Positions 59,255 to 64,000 of a stretch of 64,000 bases of DNA are shown one piece after another. A program made the translations under genes and the position numbers. How positions within the stretch are numbered: position 1 is the stretch's first letter; each line of letters starts with the position of its first letter. The notes beneath the pieces were generated by a model. That model was not told where the DNA came from. It saw only the letters and a program-made list of their open reading frames with translations, and did not search any database. This stretch comes from Spirochaetaceae bacterium (GTDB lineage: Bacteria; Spirochaetota; Spirochaetia; DSM-2461): positions 64,001-128,000 of the forward strand of contig JAOPTT010000008.1 in the NCBI GenBank assembly GCA_051531975.1, written 5' to 3'.

Positions 59255-60654
59255 TATATTTTTTCAAGATGGGAACCTTTAGCTGTATCTCTAACTACCC
59301 ATCCATCCTCTAATAATTCATCTCGTATTTTGTCTGATAAAGCGTAATCTTTATCTAATCTTGCACTGTTTCTTTTTGCAAGCTTTTCTAATAATAAAGG
59401 GTCCGTACATACCACTTTATCCATAACTAAAAGGTCCAAAGACAGTATAGAATCCATCATGTCTATAACAGTTAGTTTATTAGATGATGAAATATTTTTA
59501 TCCTTTAACAGATCCCATAAATCAGCTAAACATCTAGGGGTATTTAAATCCTCATTTATATGTGCTATAAAATTGTTTTTTATCTTATTAGAACCGGCAC
59601 ATATTTCTTTTATATTTTGTACAGAACCATCTTTTAATAAAACACTAATTCTATTTTTTATTCCTTTAAGTGCAGCCTTTCCAGCATCCAAAGCTTCCCA
59701 TGAAAATGTTAACTGAGAACGATAATGTGCTCCCAATAAAAAATATCTATAATCAAGGGGTTTATACCCCTTATCTGTTAGTGTTTTAAGTGTTAAAAAA
59801 CCATCTTTACTTTTTGACATTTTACCAGTTTTATTAACTAAAAACTCACCATGTAACCAGCGGTTAACCCATTTTTTTCCTGTATATGCTTCTGTTTGTG
59901 CTATTTCATTTGTATGATGGATATCAACATGGTCTATACCACCACAGTGTATATCAAATTGTTCTCCTAGATATTTAATACTCATAGCTGAACACTCTAA
60001 ATGCCAACCAGGATAACCTTTACCCCATGGTGAGTTCCACTGCATAGCCTGATTTTCAAATTTACTATTTGTAAACCATAATACAAAATCACCAGGATTT
60101 TTTTTAGCACTATCTATACCTGTACTTGTTCCATAATTTAAGTCTTGATTTTCTAAACCTGCCATTAATCCATATTCAGAAAAGTTAGCTGTATTGAAAT
60201 ATACATTCCCATTACTAATATAGGTAAAACCTTTTTCTTCTAAACCTTTAACTAATTTTATCATATCACCAATATGCTTTGTTGCACGGCAAATAGTATT
60301 TGGTTTTTGTATATTTAATAATTTTGAATCCTCAAAAAAAGCTTCTTCAAAGAATTTGGCAATATCATATACATCCATACCTTTTTCTCTTGCAGCTTTG
60401 ATCATTTTATCTTCACCATCATCACCGTCATCGGTTAAGTGCCCAACATCGGTAACATTCATACAATGATTTACATCTAAACCATTAAAGGCTAGTGTTT
60501 TTACTAAAATATCTTCAAAGAAATAAGTTCTTAGATTACCTATATGAGCAAAATTATATACAGTTGGGCCACAGCAATAGATAGAAACAGCACCTTCTTT
60601 TATTGGTAAAAACTTAGAGACCTCTCTTCCTGATGTGTTATAAAGTTTTATCAT
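59254..60654 (-). CDS. cysS: Cysteine--tRNA ligase
   Basis: CGPTVY..HIGN, PGWHLEC, HHTNE, KMSKS. Confidence 0.97.
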   Translation of the reverse strand: MIKLYNTSGREVSKFLPIKEGAVSIYCCGPTVYNFAHIGNLRTYFFEDILVKTLAFNGLDVNHCMNVTDVGHLTDDGDDGEDKMIKAAREKGMDVYDIAKFFEEAFFEDSKLLNIQKPNTICRATKHIGDMIKLVKGLEEKGFTYISNGNVYFNTANFSEYGLMAGLENQDLNYGTSTGIDSAKKNPGDFVLWFTNSKFENQAMQWNSPWGKGYPGWHLECSAMSIKYLGEQFDIHCGGIDHVDIHHTNEIAQTEAYTGKKWVNRWLHGEFLVNKTGKMSKSKDGFLTLKTLTDKGYKPLDYRYFLLGAHYRSQLTFSWEALDAGKAALKGIKNRISVLLKDGSVQNIKEICAGSNKIKNNFIAHINEDLNTPRCLADLWDLLKDKNISSSNKLTVIDMMDSILSLDLLVMDKVVCTDPLLLEKLAKRNSARLDKDYALSDKIRDELLEDGWVVRDTAKGSHLEKI

Positions 60655-60688
60655 TTCTACAACTCCTGCTGTTGCCTCAATATGGCGC

Positions 60689-61624
60689 TTGTTATACTAT
60701 TATTATGTGAATAGAATATTGGAAATTTTAAATAAAATCAACATTGAAGGAACTATCACTCAACAAGTTGATATGAGTAAATATACTACATTTAAATGTG
60801 GTGGTTTAGCTCAATTTTTTATAGAGCCAGCTTTGGTCGATGATGTTATTAAAATAAAGAAAGCCGCATTAGAAAATGATTTTCCCCTTTTTATATTAGG
60901 AGGAGGTGCTAATTTATTGGTTTCAGATAATGGCATCGATGGAGTGACCTTATCATTAAATACATTAAAAAAAATAGACCTAGTAGATAATATAATTATT
61001 GCTGAAGCAGGTGTATCAGTTAATAAATTATCAGAATATGCTGAAAAACACTCTCTAAGTGGATTAGAATTTATATATGGAATGCCTGGTAGTCTAGGTG
61101 GTGCAACTTGGATGAATGCAAGATGTTATGGAGATGAAATATCTAATATCTTTTTATGGGCTGAGTATTTAGACCAAAATGGAAAACTAATACGTCAAGA
61201 GAAAGATAGTTCCCAGTGGGAGTATAAAATATCTCCATTTCAGAAACCCGGTATTACAATTATTAGAGTTGCATTAAAATTAAAACATCAAGAAAGAGCA
61301 TTAATAAAGCCAATTATGCTAAAAAATAGTGAAGATCGACGTAAAAAAGGTCACTTTAAGTATCCATGTGCCGGTTCAGTATTTAAAAACAATAGAGACT
61401 TTGGTGCACCTAGTGGTAAAATAATCGAAGATTGTGGACTCAAAGGCTGTGTTAAAGGTAATGCTGCAATTTCTGATTTCCATGCAAATATAATTGTTAA
61501 TTTAGGTGGTGCATCCTCTAACGATATAAACTTTTTAATTGAAAAAATAATTAAAACAGTTAAAGAAAAAAAAGGTTTTATTTTAGAACCAGAAGTACTA
61601 AAAGTTGGAAATTGGGAGAATTAA
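60689..61624 (+). CDS. murB: UDP-N-acetylenolpyruvoylglucosamine reductase
   Basis: GGGANLL, GLEF..GMPGSLGG..MNA, AGSVFKN, HAN, LEPEV. The start may be the GTG at about 60707. Confidence 0.96.
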   Translation: MLYYYYVNRILEILNKINIEGTITQQVDMSKYTTFKCGGLAQFFIEPALVDDVIKIKKAALENDFPLFILGGGANLLVSDNGIDGVTLSLNTLKKIDLVDNIIIAEAGVSVNKLSEYAEKHSLSGLEFIYGMPGSLGGATWMNARCYGDEISNIFLWAEYLDQNGKLIRQEKDSSQWEYKISPFQKPGITIIRVALKLKHQERALIKPIMLKNSEDRRKKGHFKYPCAGSVFKNNRDFGAPSGKIIEDCGLKGCVKGNAAISDFHANIIVNLGGASSNDINFLIEKIIKTVKEKKGFILEPEVLKVGNWEN

Positions 61625-62968
61625 ATGCATATATCTATAAAAAACATTAAAGAGTATCTGGATATATTTGATGAAAATGGTCTAAATAATGCAATAAAAG
61701 AGTTAACACTTTCAGAAATACTGGATCAATGGGATGAATTCTCCAAAGAAGAGATGATGAGACTTTTTACCCATGTTGACCAAGACTTTAAAGCAGCTTT
61801 AATATCTGAAATACCTACCCAAGATCAAGAAATAATAATACAGGAACTTTCAACTGCAGCAATAAATAACATTCTATCTAGTATGGAACCTGATGACTTA
61901 GTAGACCTTATTCAACAAGTATCCCCTACAGTTAGACAATCAGTCTGGAATTCTTTACCAGACGAAATAAAAGAAGAAACTGAGTTTTTATTAAGGTTTG
62001 ATGAAGATGATGCTGCTGGGTTAATGACACCAAGATATGCAGCAATTAGAAATAATATTTCAGTTGCACAAGCAATAACATTTATTCGTAAAAATGTAGA
62101 ACAAGTTGAAACTATCTATTATCTATATGTTGTTGATGATTTAAAGAAATTAACAGGTGTAGTTTCGTTAAAACAGATATTAACAGCTGATGATAGTGTT
62201 CATATTAATTCAATTATGGAAAAACAAGTTCTATCAGTAAGAGAAGAAACAGATCAGGAATTAGTAGTTAAAATAATGGAAGATCACGATCTTTTAGCTC
62301 TACCAGTTATAGATAGGTATAATAAACTTTTAGGAATTATTACAATTGATGATGCAATTGATGTAATTCGAGAAGAGCAAACTGAGGATGTTTATAAAAT
62401 GGGTGCGATGAGTGGAGATACTGATAGCTACCTAGAATCTAGTGTTTTTAAATTAATATGGAAAAGGATCCCTTGGCTTATAATATTATTAATTGCTGGA
62501 ACTGCATCTACAAATGTAATTGCCGCATATTCAGATGTTACAGCATTCGCATTTGTTATACTGTTTATGTCAGTGATAACTCAAACTGGGGGTAATTGTG
62601 GAACACAATCATCAACACTGATGATAAGAGGTATAGCAACTGGAGAAATACATTTTAGAGATTTTTTTACAATCATACGTAAGGAATTAGTAGTTGGAAC
62701 TTTAATTGGTATAATTACAGGTATTATTATAGTTTTAAGAAGTTATTTTCTCCCACCTGCAGGTGTAACTATCGAACAAGCTTTAACAATTGGATTATCA
62801 CTTAATCTAGTTGTAATATTTGCAACAATTTTAGGTGCAATAGTTCCTTTAACTATAAATAAACTAGGACTTGATCCTACAGTTGCTGCAGGACCATTAA
62901 TGTCTACAATTATAGATGTATGTGGATATGCCATATATTTTTCAACAATTAGATTTATACTTTTTTAA
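61625..62968 (+). CDS. mgtE: Magnesium transporter MgtE
   Basis: AAGLMT, CBS pair, GGNCGTQ, DPTVAAGPLMSTIID. Confidence 0.95.
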   Translation: MHISIKNIKEYLDIFDENGLNNAIKELTLSEILDQWDEFSKEEMMRLFTHVDQDFKAALISEIPTQDQEIIIQELSTAAINNILSSMEPDDLVDLIQQVSPTVRQSVWNSLPDEIKEETEFLLRFDEDDAAGLMTPRYAAIRNNISVAQAITFIRKNVEQVETIYYLYVVDDLKKLTGVVSLKQILTADDSVHINSIMEKQVLSVREETDQELVVKIMEDHDLLALPVIDRYNKLLGIITIDDAIDVIREEQTEDVYKMGAMSGDTDSYLESSVFKLIWKRIPWLIILLIAGTASTNVIAAYSDVTAFAFVILFMSVITQTGGNCGTQSSTLMIRGIATGEIHFRDFFTIIRKELVVGTLIGIITGIIIVLRSYFLPPAGVTIEQALTIGLSLNLVVIFATILGAIVPLTINKLGLDPTVAAGPLMSTIIDVCGYAIYFSTIRFILF

Positions 62969-63852
62969 AAGTTTATGCTTGCCATAATTCCAGTATATTG
63001 TGCATTAGTAATATCAGTGGCATAGATCCAGCCTAAATCTAAAAAGCCTAAAGTAACCCCAGCTTTAAATTCCAAACTATAATTATCAATAAAATCGCCA
63101 TCAAAATTATATAAACTACCTGAGCCACCTATCCATAAATTATTTAAGATACTTTTATTCCCTAATATTGTAAGAAAATATATTTCTGTATCAAAACCAA
63201 GAAATGGTACAACTTCATTGTCATTTTCTATAAAGTTTCTAGCTCCAATATTAATATCAAAATATCCACCATTTATTCCAAGATTTTTAAAAAGATTATA
63301 CCTCGCACCGATAGAAAGATTAAAAAAATAGTTATCAATATCAAAGATATCACTTGCTGCAGATATATCTAAATCAATTGAGGTTATATCTAATCCCAGA
63401 TCATATGAAGTAAGCTTTAATTCAATTACAGGTAGTCCAAGATTAACTTTTAAACCACTTTCAAGTATTAACTTCTCATTATCATCCTTACCAATAATTG
63501 TTGTTAAGGATATAAAGTCCAAATCATCTTTTACATTAATTTCTTCATCTGTTACATTTGGTAAAATTTCAGAATCAATTGTTTCACTAGAATTGTTATT
63601 TTCTAAATCAGATGTTTTAGATTCTTCATTATCTATAGAAATAACATCTTCTATAGTTTTTTTATACATTAAAGCAGTACTATTATCAGGTTCCATCACA
63701 AGAACTTCATCAATGATAATTAAAGCTTCTTGATAATTTTTTTTTGAGAATTCGTCTATAGACTGATCTAACATATTATCTGTATTATCACTAGAAAATA
63801 GAAAGACGGACAGTTTTAATGTAATTAATATTAAAAATAAATACTTTCTCAT
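62965..63852 (-). CDS. Exported protein with an N-terminal TPR and a beta-rich C-terminus
   Basis: Signal peptide; YQEAL..VLVMEPDN TPR-like segment; ends in aromatic F after amphipathic strands. Confidence 0.65.
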   Translation of the reverse strand: MRKYLFLILITLKLSVFLFSSDNTDNMLDQSIDEFSKKNYQEALIIIDEVLVMEPDNSTALMYKKTIEDVISIDNEESKTSDLENNNSSETIDSEILPNVTDEEINVKDDLDFISLTTIIGKDDNEKLILESGLKVNLGLPVIELKLTSYDLGLDITSIDLDISAASDIFDIDNYFFNLSIGARYNLFKNLGINGGYFDINIGARNFIENDNEVVPFLGFDTEIYFLTILGNKSILNNLWIGGSGSLYNFDGDFIDNYSLEFKAGVTLGFLDLGWIYATDITNAQYTGIMASINF

Positions 63853-63858
63853 ACTATA

Positions 63859-63999
63859 TTATACCTCATTTATCATATTTATTGGATTAAAACTATTAAA
63901 ATCTTCAAATAATTCTTTCCAATTTCCTTTATAAGTAGCTTCTTTTAAAGACTTATTCAATAAATTATAGAATTCTGATCTCTTAACTGTTTTTGCACC
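63859..63999 (-). CDS. 3' end of a probable leucyl/phenylalanyl-tRNA--protein transferase (partial)
   Basis: Manual translation GAKTVKRSEFYNLLNKSLKEATYKGNWKELF..., resembling the Aat C-terminus GA-x-x-I-x-R-x-x-F...T-x-x-G-x-W. Confidence 0.45.
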   Translation of the reverse strand, partial: GAKTVKRSEFYNLLNKSLKEATYKGNWKELFEDFNSFNPINMINEV

Positions 64000-64000
64000 T

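Noticed and set aside
3934..62934. Numerous 60-135 aa ORFs nested antisense or out of frame within long genes (e.g. 3934-4224, 8418-8726, 31206-31517, 40833-41240, 47619-47936)
   Set aside because: They lie within or largely overlap well-supported genes, have no recognisable motifs, and show the Ser/Ile/Phe bias expected of antisense frames.

Overview
This is a gene-dense, AT-rich (roughly 30% GC by eye) bacterial chromosome segment, most likely from a free-living anaerobic spirochaete. That assignment is inferred from the gltX-glyQS-tyrS cluster beside an HD-GYP gene, the murC-yicC-cmk-rpoZ-miaA-bS22 run, the murB/cysS/ECF-sigma block and an alpha2-type GlyRS. I found no rRNA, tRNA, CRISPR array, IS or prophage. 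Housekeeping blocks (about 20-35 kb and 45-64 kb) alternate with two accessory regions. The 0-20 kb region holds signalling and redox genes: two class III nucleotide cyclases (one with a CxxCH sensor), a NarX/PilJ-type diguanylate cyclase, a membrane LuxR, a ferredoxin-AOR-SCP2-ADH operon with a divergent TetR, and an RsbR-T-X module lacking RsbS. The 35-45 kb region holds envelope genes: VWA, transglutaminase-like, MORN lipoprotein, exported caspase, LPP20/DUF4384 lipoproteins and an M15-like peptidase. The most striking feature is an ECF sigma factor fused to a FliG middle/C-terminal module (2152-3315). Its torque charges appear lost, it has its own ECF-type promoter, and it carries an in-frame internal RBS+ATG at the domain junction. 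Two small ORFs missed by the track (256-354; bS22 at 30447-30536) and an array of 9-5-9 palindromes upstream of bS22 were also found. All family assignments come from motif recognition by eye; no searches were run.
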